Part shown: positions 19,467 to 28,969 of the stretch, piece after piece
Position numbering within the stretch: position 1 is the stretch's first letter
How the letters are laid out: the number at the start of each line of letters is the position of its first letter
IMG/VR virus record: IMGVR_UViG_3300045988_125802
Length of the DNA stretch: 64,000 nt
Direction: 5' to 3' (one strand)
Origin: a virus
Notes under the pieces: generated by a model
Told to the model about the DNA's origin: nothing
The model's input: the letters and a program-made list of their open reading frames with translations, nothing else
The model's database searches: none
Translations under genes and position numbers: made by a program

Positions 19467-20075
19467 TTAGATTAAAATACCACTAGTTCTTAATTGTGAG
19501 AGTAAGTTATTAAACGATGAGATTACTGTAGATAGCTCAGCAGCAGTGTCAATATTTGCTATATTATTAGATGCCTTGACAAGACCTAAAGTAGCTTTAG
19601 TTGCAGCTGAATATTTTGTATCATTATCATTACTCCAAACATATCCTTCTTCAGATTTTTTAAGTACCTGACCATTAGTTCCTCCTTCTGGAATAAACTT
19701 ATATATTCTACTTGTTATTTCTAAGTAGCCATTTGTAACAACCATAGTATATACTACTAAATTACCTCCAGATATATAATATCTATAATATTCAGAGTTC
19801 TCCCCAATATTTCTGTCTCTGTAAAAAGTAATATGCTCTTCATCCTTAACTAATTCTATAATATCATAATCATTTGATATTGCAAGATCATCTATCTGAA
19901 CTTTAATACCATTATTTAAATCATCTAAGGTTTCAGCACTTATCTTGATACATAAAGAGGATTTTACATTAGTCCATCCATTATCACCAAAATACCTTAA
20001 AATCCCATCATTTAACCAAAGGGAAGTAAGACTTGGTTCATTATCTGATTGTACTATATCATTATATTTTCTCAT
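19467..20075 (-). CDS. Tail fibre protein (202 aa)
   Basis: The C-terminal ATKATLGLVKASNNIANIDTAAELSTVISSFNNLLSQLRTSGIL matches the widespread fibre motif A..GxVK......a.d...l...fN.LL..Lr.sG. Confidence 0.6.
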   Translation of the reverse strand: MRKYNDIVQSDNEPSLTSLWLNDGILRYFGDNGWTNVKSSLCIKISAETLDDLNNGIKVQIDDLAISNDYDIIELVKDEEHITFYRDRNIGENSEYYRYYISGGNLVVYTMVVTNGYLEITSRIYKFIPEGGTNGQVLKKSEEGYVWSNDNDTKYSAATKATLGLVKASNNIANIDTAAELSTVISSFNNLLSQLRTSGILI

Positions 20076-20271
20076 AATTTATATCTGATATTTGTTTTAT
20101 TTCAATATATTTCATTGAGGCATCCAATATAGCTCTATAAAGAGGTACCCAATCTCCGTTGTAGTAAATCTTTATTACAACATCTTTAGCATCTGAAGAA
20201 TCCAGCCATAAAACATCTCTGGATGTAGGCTCTTTATTAGACAGAGCTACTACTCTATAATTCTTTTGCAT
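20062..20271 (-). CDS. Small tail-cluster protein (69 aa)
   Basis: Intact ORF immediately after portal. The motif VLWLDSSD...YYNGDWVPL is shared with the N-terminus of 19467..20075. Confidence 0.45.
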   Translation of the reverse strand: MQKNYRVVALSNKEPTSRDVLWLDSSDAKDVVIKIYYNGDWVPLYRAILDASMKYIEIKQISDINYEKI

Positions 20272-20276
20272 AATAA

Positions 20277-22676
20277 TTAAGTCTTTCTTTTATTATTAAG
20301 AGACTGTCTTTTAATAGACAATTCCTCTTGATGTTTCCTTTTATCTAAAGCTAACTTATCTCTATCTAGTTTAAGTCTTTCATTAAACTCTCTAATCTTT
20401 TCTGCCAAGTTTGCTTTAGCTTCTTCTGAGAATTCATTCTCTGTAATGCCATCATTCTCTTTATTTTCTGATTGCATTTGAGCAATCATTAATTTGACTT
20501 CATTATCCCTAATATTAGCATTCTCTTTCTGTTGAAGTTCAGACTGTTTTTGTTCTATTTCCATTTGAGCAACTTGTTGTTGAGACTCTAATTGTTGTTG
20601 CTGCATTCTAGAATTCCTTTCTTGAATAGCTTGTTCATCTCTCTCAACAAGTCTTTGTTTTTCTGCTAATGAACTAGAACTATATAATTTCATAATAGTT
20701 GAGAATGATAAAGTTTGATTTTGGAGCGCAGCCTGTGCCAATACATCTAGTTTTTGGGAAAGTTCTTGTGTTCCCTGACCGTTATCTACCACTAAGCCAT
20801 AATCTGCTTCAGAAAACTCATCTCCATCTATATCCATAACTCTCATAGAATTATCTGAAAGGATATATTGGAATTTTTTATTCCTTCCTCTTAAAGCTAT
20901 CTTAGCAGTCTCTAGAAAGCACTCTAATACCCTCTTTTTGACATCATCATGTTGGGTAAATAACCATTCAGTTATATGTGAAGATTGTAAAGTAGCTCTT
21001 TCAACCCCTCCTACAGTTTCCCTGTTACTTACTTGCCCTTCTCTTTGCCTTGTAATACCTACAACTTCTGACATCTCCATCTTAATAAATTCAAGAAAAT
21101 TAATTTGTTGTTGAATTGAATTTCCAAATTCAGCATCAATTACTCCAGAAGAAGCATTATTAAGTGCTCCAGATAATATACCAGTAGAGGCTCCTACATT
21201 ACCTTCCTTAAAACTATCTATTACAGCCAAGCCATTTACTTTAGCATAATATATCCACTTTTCTACATCCCATCCCTTAGGTACTTTAGCTAAGTCAAGA
21301 TTTATTATCTTACCCCAATTCCTGGATAACATCTTATTTAGTCTATCATGGATAGTATCATATAGGTAATTATATTGCTTCATTATATCCACTAGAGAGA
21401 ATGGTCTATTATCATTGAGATTATATATAGACCCTATAATACCAAAATGGCATCTTGATAGATTACCCATTCTATTATATTGAATGGCTCTTGGTCTCAT
21501 ATTTACATAAATATCAGTACCTATCTTAGTTCCCTCCCAAGCTTCATTAATATAAAATGACTGCTCTTCTTCTCCCATATCCTTATTGGCAATATACGTT
21601 TCAGGATAAAAACTATATATTTCCTCTCCAGTTTCAGGATCATAAGATTTCACTTTCTTAATTCTTCTTTTTGACTTCCAGTATACTCTAAGTACTCTTA
21701 GATTACCTGCTAAATCATATGGAAGGAGTGAATTTGATATTGAATCCGAAAATAAATTAAGAGGGTCAAAATAAAAACCATCAGTGCTTATTTCTTCCCC
21801 AATCATGTTATTGTTTACATATCCATATCTCTCATCAACATTGTCCATAGAATCTACAGCAGCTTGGCCTACATGATCAGGGAGTTTTTCTATATACTCT
21901 ATATCTTTCTTACTTAAAGACTCATAATAAGTGTCTATTACCTTACCTGGACTCCAATAATCTTCAATGATTATTATATCAGCATCCTCTATCTTAGAGG
22001 AATATCCAGACTTAAATACTCTTACTTTTAATGGATTAAGTCTTTCTATAACAGGTTCTCCTCCTACAATATCACATTGGTAAATCTCTTCACCAACTGC
22101 CATTGCATCCATAAACCCATTATTAAATAATAGTGGCATATTATATTCCTTCATGTAATGATTAAGAAGAGCATTTGCTCTAATCTCTCTCATATCCTGC
22201 CATTCATAAGAGTAGTAATCATTAAGCTTTTCGATTTCCTGATTGAATTCCTCTTCAGATTGAGAAGAGTTAGCTATAATATATTGAAGTTTCTGAAATA
22301 GCTCAGCTTTTTTATTATTTTCAATTTCAGATATTGCATTAGGATTAGTTATAACTACCCTAAAATCAAATACCCTCTTAGATTCTTCTCCCCTAAGAAC
22401 ATTTAATTTGCTGTTCATAATAGGGTAATGTTGGATTCTATCAGGAATAAATCCTGCTTTTATATTATCAGGATTAATGATAAGCTCCAAATCAGTCATG
22501 TGGAGCTTACCATTCAACAAGTCATAATTAATCTTTTTATGAATCACAGACTTCCTCACAAGGCTGTAATTAAAGAAGGTTTTACTGTCTGCCCAGTCTA
22601 AATGCTTCTTTCTCCAAGCCCTATTCTTTCTATTAAAAGGTAGTTGTTGTGGTGGTAAATTTATTAATTCAGACAT
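20277..22676 (-). CDS. Portal protein candidate (799 aa from the preferred start; ORF extends to 22733)
   Basis: Large ORF directly downstream of terL with a Q/E-rich C-terminal coiled coil. The start MSELINLPPQ at 22676 is preferred because a TATATTTG promoter motif lies at 22697-22704, inside the longer ORF. Confidence 0.7.
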   Translation of the reverse strand: MSELINLPPQQLPFNRKNRAWRKKHLDWADSKTFFNYSLVRKSVIHKKINYDLLNGKLHMTDLELIINPDNIKAGFIPDRIQHYPIMNSKLNVLRGEESKRVFDFRVVITNPNAISEIENNKKAELFQKLQYIIANSSQSEEEFNQEIEKLNDYYSYEWQDMREIRANALLNHYMKEYNMPLLFNNGFMDAMAVGEEIYQCDIVGGEPVIERLNPLKVRVFKSGYSSKIEDADIIIIEDYWSPGKVIDTYYESLSKKDIEYIEKLPDHVGQAAVDSMDNVDERYGYVNNNMIGEEISTDGFYFDPLNLFSDSISNSLLPYDLAGNLRVLRVYWKSKRRIKKVKSYDPETGEEIYSFYPETYIANKDMGEEEQSFYINEAWEGTKIGTDIYVNMRPRAIQYNRMGNLSRCHFGIIGSIYNLNDNRPFSLVDIMKQYNYLYDTIHDRLNKMLSRNWGKIINLDLAKVPKGWDVEKWIYYAKVNGLAVIDSFKEGNVGASTGILSGALNNASSGVIDAEFGNSIQQQINFLEFIKMEMSEVVGITRQREGQVSNRETVGGVERATLQSSHITEWLFTQHDDVKKRVLECFLETAKIALRGRNKKFQYILSDNSMRVMDIDGDEFSEADYGLVVDNGQGTQELSQKLDVLAQAALQNQTLSFSTIMKLYSSSSLAEKQRLVERDEQAIQERNSRMQQQQLESQQQVAQMEIEQKQSELQQKENANIRDNEVKLMIAQMQSENKENDGITENEFSEEAKANLAEKIREFNERLKLDRDKLALDKRKHQEELSIKRQSLNNKRKT

Positions 22677-22696
22677 ATGATTCACTCTATTTTCTG

Positions 22697-22704
22697 CAAA
22701 TATA
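22697..22704 (-). promoter_or_regulatory. Bacteroidetes-type -7 promoter element TATATTTG
   Basis: The rc of caaatata lies about 21 nt upstream of the ATG at 22676. Confidence 0.35.
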
Positions 22705-22767
22705 AATAAAGAATTGTATCTATGCAAGTACATAAGTAAATTACTAAGTAAATATACTTATTTCTTG

Positions 22768-25700
22768 TTAAATATTTAATTTAAATCTAGCATCATAATT
22801 CATCTTGAAGAATGGATCATTACCTAAATAAGATGTAGATGCTTTCTCTTCTTTGTTCTTACTTATATCCCCATTATACAATATCATTTTATCTTCCCTA
22901 AGAAGCATTAACATGCCCATAGAAGATATTCTATCAAAGTTCCCTTCTTGATTATATTGAATAAGCTCCTTAATAAGTGCTCGTGATCTTATTGTATACA
23001 AATTGTATACAGTTACCTCCTTCTCTTCGCCATCAATAACTTGTATCATAGGTGTTGGGGCTAATAGCCAGGACCTCAATAGATTCTTTGCATAAGCATT
23101 TATTGCTGCTGTAGCATTAGTTCCCTTAGTTTTATTACCGAAGAACCTACTACCTTTAATCATATCTTTATCCTTTAAGAAATTAAGCACATCAGTAAGT
23201 AAGTATAAGCAATTCATCTTTGAGAAATATGCAAATAATCCTTTCTTATTATTTTCGTAATTCATTCTACCACTGTAAAATAAACACAGCTTTCTACAAA
23301 TCTCATAAAAATCATCTGCAAATAATGGCCTTCCTGTATATTCAGCTACTATCTTATCAGTCCATAAGTCCAATACAAATACTGAACCAAGAGACATAGT
23401 ATTCGATTCATCATCATCATATGGATCACAGCCTAATATATATCTATTATCAAATACCCTTCCTGATTTATCCTTCTCAGGCATTTTATATATCTCAATA
23501 GCTCCGCTTATCTTATTATCTTTATGTGGAAAATCTCTTATAGGTTGACTTGAAGTGGGAGAAAATCTCACTTCCTTACTCTCATCAATGATTAATTCTC
23601 CTACATAAACATCATCAAACTCTTTTGGATTTGAATCTATTTGTCCTAATCTCTCACTAAGATCAGCTACTGGAAATATGTTAATACCTGTCTTTACAAT
23701 AGCTTCAGCGGGAGTAATTGGAATTTCTGCAATAGTTTTAACTATAGTATTAGGGTCAGTAGAGTTATATTTGACTCTATATCTATTGAGGAGTATTTCT
23801 ATAAGAGCTTTTATTACATCAGACACACCATCTTCATTGTAACATCCTTTCCTATTAACATATCCAGGAAAGAAGAAAACAAAGTAGGGTTTACCTTGGT
23901 TATATTTATCATATACATTAGGTATTGCATACATATTATAACCTTTGGGGTTATACATAATTTCCTGAGCACCAGCAAAGTCTGATTCATTATCACCTGC
24001 CGTGTTATGAGTAATTATATTATTAGCTAAATAAGTATGGCTAGCACAAGCAGATAAATTATAAATAGTCTGTTCCCCTATATCTTCAATAGAAGTCACT
24101 TTATAGACTAAATAATCTTTGGAGTAGCCACACTGCTTCTTACTTGGATTATTATTGAACCATTCTACTAATTCTACACATTTATCTCTCTTATAAGATA
24201 CTAGTAAAGATAAGACAGAAGCAGCTCTCGTTAGATTTTCCCTACCATTGATGACTAAAGTATACCAAGGATTTCTATCTTTCTTACCTTGTTTAATAGT
24301 AGGCTTAGTCTTAATAATACTCCCTATTACTCCGAATTTTCTCCATAGTATACTTATTTGCTTCAGAATTTCTTTATTAGATTGAGTCAGTCCTATATAG
24401 CTATTCTTTCCTTTACTATAAATGCACCCATCTGTATCATATAACCCAGACAATAAGTCTATAGTATTCTCTCTATTCAAAGTTTGGTAATTATCAGGCA
24501 ATCTTTTACAAGTCTTTACCTGCCCATAAATACCTATCTCTCTAAGTTCACTACATATTCCTTTAATTCTAATATCCTCGTAGGTTAATCCTTTTTTGGT
24601 GATATGAGTTGCACTTAATCCCCAATCATATTTTCTCTTAACATAATCTAGGAGTTCTATATTTTCTGAGCTGTACTTAGGAGTATTATCTGTACCATAA
24701 GAACCATCTCCTATAAGCATTCCTACTAATCTAGCATCAAAAATGGTATCATCGCCAAATATGGAAACCTCTCTACATTCACAGACTCTATCTCCTACTT
24801 TAATTTCATTAGCTCTTTTGAAATCCTCTTTAAATGACATTCTTCTCTTATTCTCTTCTTTATATGAAGTAATTCTCTTAGAGAATTTAGTTTGCACTAA
24901 TATAGGATGGTCTTCTGAACACTCTATGAAATTACCATTACTTAATGTTATTCTATAGCAGTGCTTAGTAGCGGGCTTAATTAGTTTTCCTATAGGCTCT
25001 CTAGTTATTCCATTACTAACCACTTTAAGATTATCAGTAAAAGCTGTACCTCTATGAAATCCTATAATACCGTCTTCTTTCTTTAACTCCTCTATATTTA
25101 TATATCTACCATTATGTGTCCACACCTTGGTTCCAGCACAAACACAACCCAACATATAGATTTGTCCAAAGACAATATCACCTTCCTGCACTGAAGGCAA
25201 AAGCACATTATACAAATCAACTAATCTTGGGAATGTATTATGAGTAATAGTTAAATCACCTAACACAAACAGGTGATTTTTATCTACTGTAAATCCATAA
25301 TATTCATCTACTTTGTAAGGTTCTACTCTAAAAGTGTAATCATTCCAACATTTCCTGCTCTTATATGATGTAGCTCCTATGCCCTTTTTTCTACCTATCT
25401 TAGTTGGAATAATAGATAGGTCTCCACTAATTCTAAGTCTATAATGTAGAACACCTTTCTTCTTTCCAGTACCAACTCTTGAAGCCATGGAGCATTTAAG
25501 TCCATTACATTCACACATGAATTTCACATCATCCAATATGTGTTTTCTGTCATATCTTTGGGTTATCTCAAAGAAGTTCTTCTTGGAATTATAAGTACCA
25601 TCAGTATCTATTAGCCCAGCAATGACCTGTAGTTGCACTTCTGGAGCATTTACCTTATAATCTTGTGGTACATGCTTATTATTATACAAGTCATATTCTG

Positions 25701-27216
25701 AAAAAAGCCTATTATATACATGAGTAGATTTGCTTATATGAAATACTTTACATGAACCAGACTGACTTAAATCTCTTATAGTACCTTCATAATTATCTGA
25801 TAACCAACTCAACACTTCTACACCTTCATTAGCAATATCTAATCTTGTTGAGTCTCCATCACCCAACCATAATCCTAAGAAATAAGGATTTATAGCCACA
25901 GGGATATAGGGGAAATGTATTGTTGCCTTTGGAATATAATATCCTTTATCCAAGTTCTTAATCTCTAAAAGTTCAGGAGCAGTTAAAGTATGTTCTGTGT
26001 AAGTGCCATTGTTCCAATTATACTTTTTGAAATATACTGGATGGTGACTATTCACTATTTGATAATCTCCATTTGATAGTGTTATTTTATATAATTGGTC
26101 TGTACCATTATACAATTCTTGTACTACCCTTGAAGTATTATCATCTCCCATTAATATATCCCCTACTGCAATATCCTCTACATTCTTAATAGAGCCATCA
26201 TACATCAAAACCTTAGTACCCTTTATGTGGCAACCAAACTCCTCGATAAGAATCTTGGCAGCTCTCTTACCTCTCAACTTAGATTCATCATCCTTAGATG
26301 ATACTCCTAATACTGTATTTTGGGTTCCCATCTCAATATCAAGATCTACATCTCTATAACCCATTATCCAAGTCATCTCTTGAAGAGAGTTCTTCAATCT
26401 CTTCCTTGGGAATTGAGTATTGGCTGCACAGAAATTAGCCATATCTACAAACTTATTAAGAACACCATCTTTAGTAAGGTACTCCTTCTGATAGGCAGTA
26501 ACTATACCCTTTAACTTTTCATATGCTGTCTCATTTTCTCCTACTACAAATATATGACTAAGTATAGATGCAAGGCTATATGATTTACCTTTACCCCTAG
26601 AAGCAAGCTCAGCCATGTGTTGACCACCATTAAAGTTATTATACAGGCCTCCATTAGAAGCTTGGTCTAAGCAATGAAATCTCCAATATATCCCTTCCCA
26701 ACACTCAGGAAGTGCTTCTATTCTATCTGCTCTCTTAGATTTTCTAATTCTCCCATCCTTATCCTTATATTCTCTTACCTTAGAGAGCATCATAGGAGAA
26801 TAATTCAAGAACCAATACATATATCCTGTAATCCACTCTCCATCACTTTCTCTAACATACCCATCCCATATTCTTCTCCTTTCTTCTCTTATCCATTTAC
26901 CATATTCACTATTAGGATTAGCATTAGGTCTGAGATTAGTAAGAGTTCCATACTTCTCATAGTGTATAGCAGTTGGCCTAAAATAATCCATATCCTCAAG
27001 TATATGAGGATTGGCCAAATCTACAATAATCCTCCCTTTATCATCTCTTGGCCTATCTTTAGCATACTCTCTTGTAGGACTTATGAGTCTTTTAACAAAC
27101 TCTACATTATTTATAATATCAAACAGCTGATCTTGAACTTCTTGAGGAAGACCATTAATTAACTCCTCAGTCAACTCAGTCTGATACCTATTCATTTGAA
27201 TCCTCTGAAACTCCAT
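22768..27216 (-). CDS. terL: Terminase large subunit precursor carrying two inteins (1482 aa; about 769 aa after splicing)
   Basis: Walker A-like ASRGKGKS and Walker B KILIEEFG. Removing the inteins restores ..ILIEEFG|TFPRLVDLYN.. and ..GQIYMLG|TAGDNESDF.. The C-terminal nuclease-type region includes YILGCDPYDDD. Confidence 0.85.
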   Translation of the reverse strand: MEFQRIQMNRYQTELTEELINGLPQEVQDQLFDIINNVEFVKRLISPTREYAKDRPRDDKGRIIVDLANPHILEDMDYFRPTAIHYEKYGTLTNLRPNANPNSEYGKWIREERRRIWDGYVRESDGEWITGYMYWFLNYSPMMLSKVREYKDKDGRIRKSKRADRIEALPECWEGIYWRFHCLDQASNGGLYNNFNGGQHMAELASRGKGKSYSLASILSHIFVVGENETAYEKLKGIVTAYQKEYLTKDGVLNKFVDMANFCAANTQFPRKRLKNSLQEMTWIMGYRDVDLDIEMGTQNTVLGVSSKDDESKLRGKRAAKILIEEFGCHIKGTKVLMYDGSIKNVEDIAVGDILMGDDNTSRVVQELYNGTDQLYKITLSNGDYQIVNSHHPVYFKKYNWNNGTYTEHTLTAPELLEIKNLDKGYYIPKATIHFPYIPVAINPYFLGLWLGDGDSTRLDIANEGVEVLSWLSDNYEGTIRDLSQSGSCKVFHISKSTHVYNRLFSEYDLYNNKHVPQDYKVNAPEVQLQVIAGLIDTDGTYNSKKNFFEITQRYDRKHILDDVKFMCECNGLKCSMASRVGTGKKKGVLHYRLRISGDLSIIPTKIGRKKGIGATSYKSRKCWNDYTFRVEPYKVDEYYGFTVDKNHLFVLGDLTITHNTFPRLVDLYNVLLPSVQEGDIVFGQIYMLGCVCAGTKVWTHNGRYINIEELKKEDGIIGFHRGTAFTDNLKVVSNGITREPIGKLIKPATKHCYRITLSNGNFIECSEDHPILVQTKFSKRITSYKEENKRRMSFKEDFKRANEIKVGDRVCECREVSIFGDDTIFDARLVGMLIGDGSYGTDNTPKYSSENIELLDYVKRKYDWGLSATHITKKGLTYEDIRIKGICSELREIGIYGQVKTCKRLPDNYQTLNRENTIDLLSGLYDTDGCIYSKGKNSYIGLTQSNKEILKQISILWRKFGVIGSIIKTKPTIKQGKKDRNPWYTLVINGRENLTRAASVLSLLVSYKRDKCVELVEWFNNNPSKKQCGYSKDYLVYKVTSIEDIGEQTIYNLSACASHTYLANNIITHNTAGDNESDFAGAQEIMYNPKGYNMYAIPNVYDKYNQGKPYFVFFFPGYVNRKGCYNEDGVSDVIKALIEILLNRYRVKYNSTDPNTIVKTIAEIPITPAEAIVKTGINIFPVADLSERLGQIDSNPKEFDDVYVGELIIDESKEVRFSPTSSQPIRDFPHKDNKISGAIEIYKMPEKDKSGRVFDNRYILGCDPYDDDESNTMSLGSVFVLDLWTDKIVAEYTGRPLFADDFYEICRKLCLFYSGRMNYENNKKGLFAYFSKMNCLYLLTDVLNFLKDKDMIKGSRFFGNKTKGTNATAAINAYAKNLLRSWLLAPTPMIQVIDGEEKEVTVYNLYTIRSRALIKELIQYNQEGNFDRISSMGMLMLLREDKMILYNGDISKNKEEKASTSYLGNDPFFKMNYDARFKLNI
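24004..25146 (-). mobile_element. Intein 2 in TerL (381 aa, aa 691-1071) with LAGLIDADG homing endonuclease
   Basis: Starts CVCAGTKVWTHNG and ends ..NNIITHN followed by +1 Thr. LAGLIDADG motifs are RLVGMLIGDGSY and LLSGLYDTDGCI. It is inserted in the YMLG|TAGD coupling motif. Confidence 0.9.
25237..26232 (-). mobile_element. Intein 1 in TerL (332 aa, aa 329-660) with LAGLIDADG homing endonuclease
   Basis: Starts CHIKGTKVLMYDGS (Cys1, block A) and ends ..LTITHN followed by +1 Thr. Two LAGLIDADG motifs are present: YFLGLWLGDGDS and VIAGLIDTDGTY. It is in frame, inserted right after the Walker B motif. Confidence 0.9.
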
Positions 27217-27553
27217 TATACTCTCCCTTTATAATCTTTTCATAAAAACTAGAATGCATCCAATTAAATATCATTTCACTGAATATGATATTAATCTCTC
27301 TTATCACATCCTCTTCTTGACCATTAAGAACCTTAGCAGAATGCTGTAATGTTAATACTCTATGTGACTTCTTATCCTTAACAAACCACAAGGTATATTT
27401 GTAAATCTTGTAAGCTCTAAATGAAGAATGTGGTTCTACTTCTTTATGAAGAATTAAATGACCAGTAGTTTTAATACCGCTTTCCTCTCTCTTTGCTTCA
27501 ATATGCCTATTGAGGCCTTCTACAATATCTTCTGTTTTCATATATTTATGCAC
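27188..27553 (-). CDS. Hypothetical protein (121 aa)
   Basis: Intact ORF overlapping the terL start by 29 nt. Confidence 0.5.
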   Translation of the reverse strand: MHKYMKTEDIVEGLNRHIEAKREESGIKTTGHLILHKEVEPHSSFRAYKIYKYTLWFVKDKKSHRVLTLQHSAKVLNGQEEDVIREINIIFSEMIFNWMHSSFYEKIIKGEYNGVSEDSNE

Positions 27554-28082
27554 TTAAATCATCCTCGAAGATTGTTTTCTCCCCAGACCCTCTCATTCTT
27601 CCTGACTCTCCCATTTCAGAATTGAGAGCCTTTTCTGCCTCATTAAGATCTTTTACAAGGAGAGGTATTTGCTTAATGAGAGCACCCACTTCCTTTAAAT
27701 CCTTAATCTCAAGCTCATCAAATTCCTGTTCCTTTAGCCTCTTCCTATATTTATCAACCATAAATCTTGTATCCTCAAGAAGTAGAGCAGAAATTGGTTT
27801 AAATGACATATAGAAATTCATAGCTTCTGTAACTATCTTATCAGGCTGCCATTTAGGAGGTAACCCTTCCCCCTCTTTTATGGCTTCCATTCTTTCCTTA
27901 TCATCCACAAGATATTGATAGTCACTTCTTGGATCAGCCATAAAATAGATAAAACCAAGTTCCATTATAGCCCTATCTTTATTAATAGTCCTATCTCTTT
28001 GCCATATCTGCCTAAATGGTTTTAGGGCAAAGGCTTCTTCAGATATTACTACCTTATAACCTTCATATTTGAATAATCTCAT
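27546..28082 (-). CDS. Hypothetical protein (178 aa); small-terminase candidate by position only
   Basis: First gene after a strong inverted-repeat terminator, two genes upstream of terL. No motif recognised. Confidence 0.5.
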   Translation of the reverse strand: MRLFKYEGYKVVISEEAFALKPFRQIWQRDRTINKDRAIMELGFIYFMADPRSDYQYLVDDKERMEAIKEGEGLPPKWQPDKIVTEAMNFYMSFKPISALLLEDTRFMVDKYRKRLKEQEFDELEIKDLKEVGALIKQIPLLVKDLNEAEKALNSEMGESGRMRGSGEKTIFEDDLSA

Positions 28083-28225
28083 TACTTTTCTCTTCCTCTT
28101 AAATGGTTTGACAATTTACAAATGAAAATCTTTAAGCTCTCTTGTAATACAGTTCCTACTCTCTTCAAGAGTAGTGAGATCTACTACTCTAATCATTACA
28201 TATTTAATACTTATAAAATCTGGTG

Positions 28226-28277
28226 AAAAAAAAAAGAATTTGTCAAGAGCAGATTTCCTGATAAATTCTTTTTTTTT
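28226..28277. terminator. Long A-tract/T-tract inverted repeat (bidirectional terminator shape)
   Basis: aaaaaaaaaagaattt (28226-28241) pairs with aaattcttttttttt (28263-28277), giving a 15-bp stem and a 21-nt loop. Confidence 0.55.
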
Positions 28278-28301
28278 AATCATATAATTAGTTTTTATTA
28301 T

Positions 28302-28709
28302 CTAGTTAAGATAATTAGGAGATTTAATAACTGGATCTGGAGTTTCCTCATACTCTTCTACTATGAAATCAATATCTCTATCTTGCAGTAACAGACACTG
28401 TTTTCCATCCATTTCAATAACATCAAAATTATAAGTAGTGACTGGGTTGTCAGTTATAACACCATCTTTAAGGGAACCTTCCTTATGTTTCTTTACTGCA
28501 AACCTTGTGGGGTTTATACATACTAGATCACCAACTTTAATATCTCTTACTGAACTTCCTACTGCAAGCACAGTTTGGTACTCTTTCAGTCCTCCTTGTT
28601 GTCTATTCACATTAATTATTCCGCTAAGAGATATTTCATCATGATCATATCTATCCATAGTGGTAATAAGTGCTGTAAACAAAGGTTTCACTTTCTTAAT
28701 CGTTATCAT
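28302..28709 (-). CDS. GroES-like co-chaperonin candidate (135 aa)
   Basis: IKKVKPLFTALITTMD ... YQTVLAVGSSVRDIKVGDLVCINP ... DGKQCLLLQDRDIDFIVEE follows the GroES layout (I.PL.DRVLV / G.VLAVG / VKVGD.V.F / e.lll.e.DIlaivE). Confidence 0.45.
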   Translation of the reverse strand: MITIKKVKPLFTALITTMDRYDHDEISLSGIINVNRQQGGLKEYQTVLAVGSSVRDIKVGDLVCINPTRFAVKKHKEGSLKDGVITDNPVTTYNFDVIEMDGKQCLLLQDRDIDFIVEEYEETPDPVIKSPNYLN

Positions 28710-28969
28710 TGTTTATACGATTTTAATATATCTAATCTCTTCTTTGCTCCCATCATACTACTAAATGTGCAAGTTAGCTTACCTAATGATGGAATATTAA
28801 AGTTTGTCCTTAACTTAGCAAACTCTTCTTCACTAATATCTTCCTTTAAGGGTAGAGATTGTATAGTTTGTCTTATAAATTTCCAATAAGATCTATAAGC
28901 TAAACTTACTACTTCCTTAGGAATATTCAGCTCTTTAGCTATCTTATTTATCGCACTAATGTAATTCAT
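28706..28969 (-). CDS. Small HU/IHF-like DNA-binding protein candidate (87 aa)
   Basis: HU-sized, with N-terminal ISAINKIAKELNIPKEVVSLAYRSYWKFIRQTI resembling the HU helices. The beta-arm region is divergent. Confidence 0.3.
   Translation of the reverse strand: MNYISAINKIAKELNIPKEVVSLAYRSYWKFIRQTIQSLPLKEDISEEEFAKLRTNFNIPSLGKLTCTFSSMMGAKKRLDILKSYKQ

Noticed and set aside
22677-22733. N-terminal 19-codon extension of the portal ORF
   Set aside because: It contains a TATATTTG promoter-like motif. MSELINLPPQ at 22676 is a better start.
26674-27162. 162-aa plus-strand ORF and other antisense ORFs within terL (23814..23996, 24743..24958, 26320..26514)
   Set aside because: They are embedded in or antisense to the terminase/intein ORF, and their I/S/L/F/P-rich translations carry no motifs.
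28083-28225. 26-aa minus-strand ORF (MIRVVDLTTLEESRNCITRELKDFHL) in the gap upstream of 27546..28082
   Set aside because: It is too short and has no supporting signal. The gap is better explained as the promoter/terminator region around the 28226-28277 inverted repeat.
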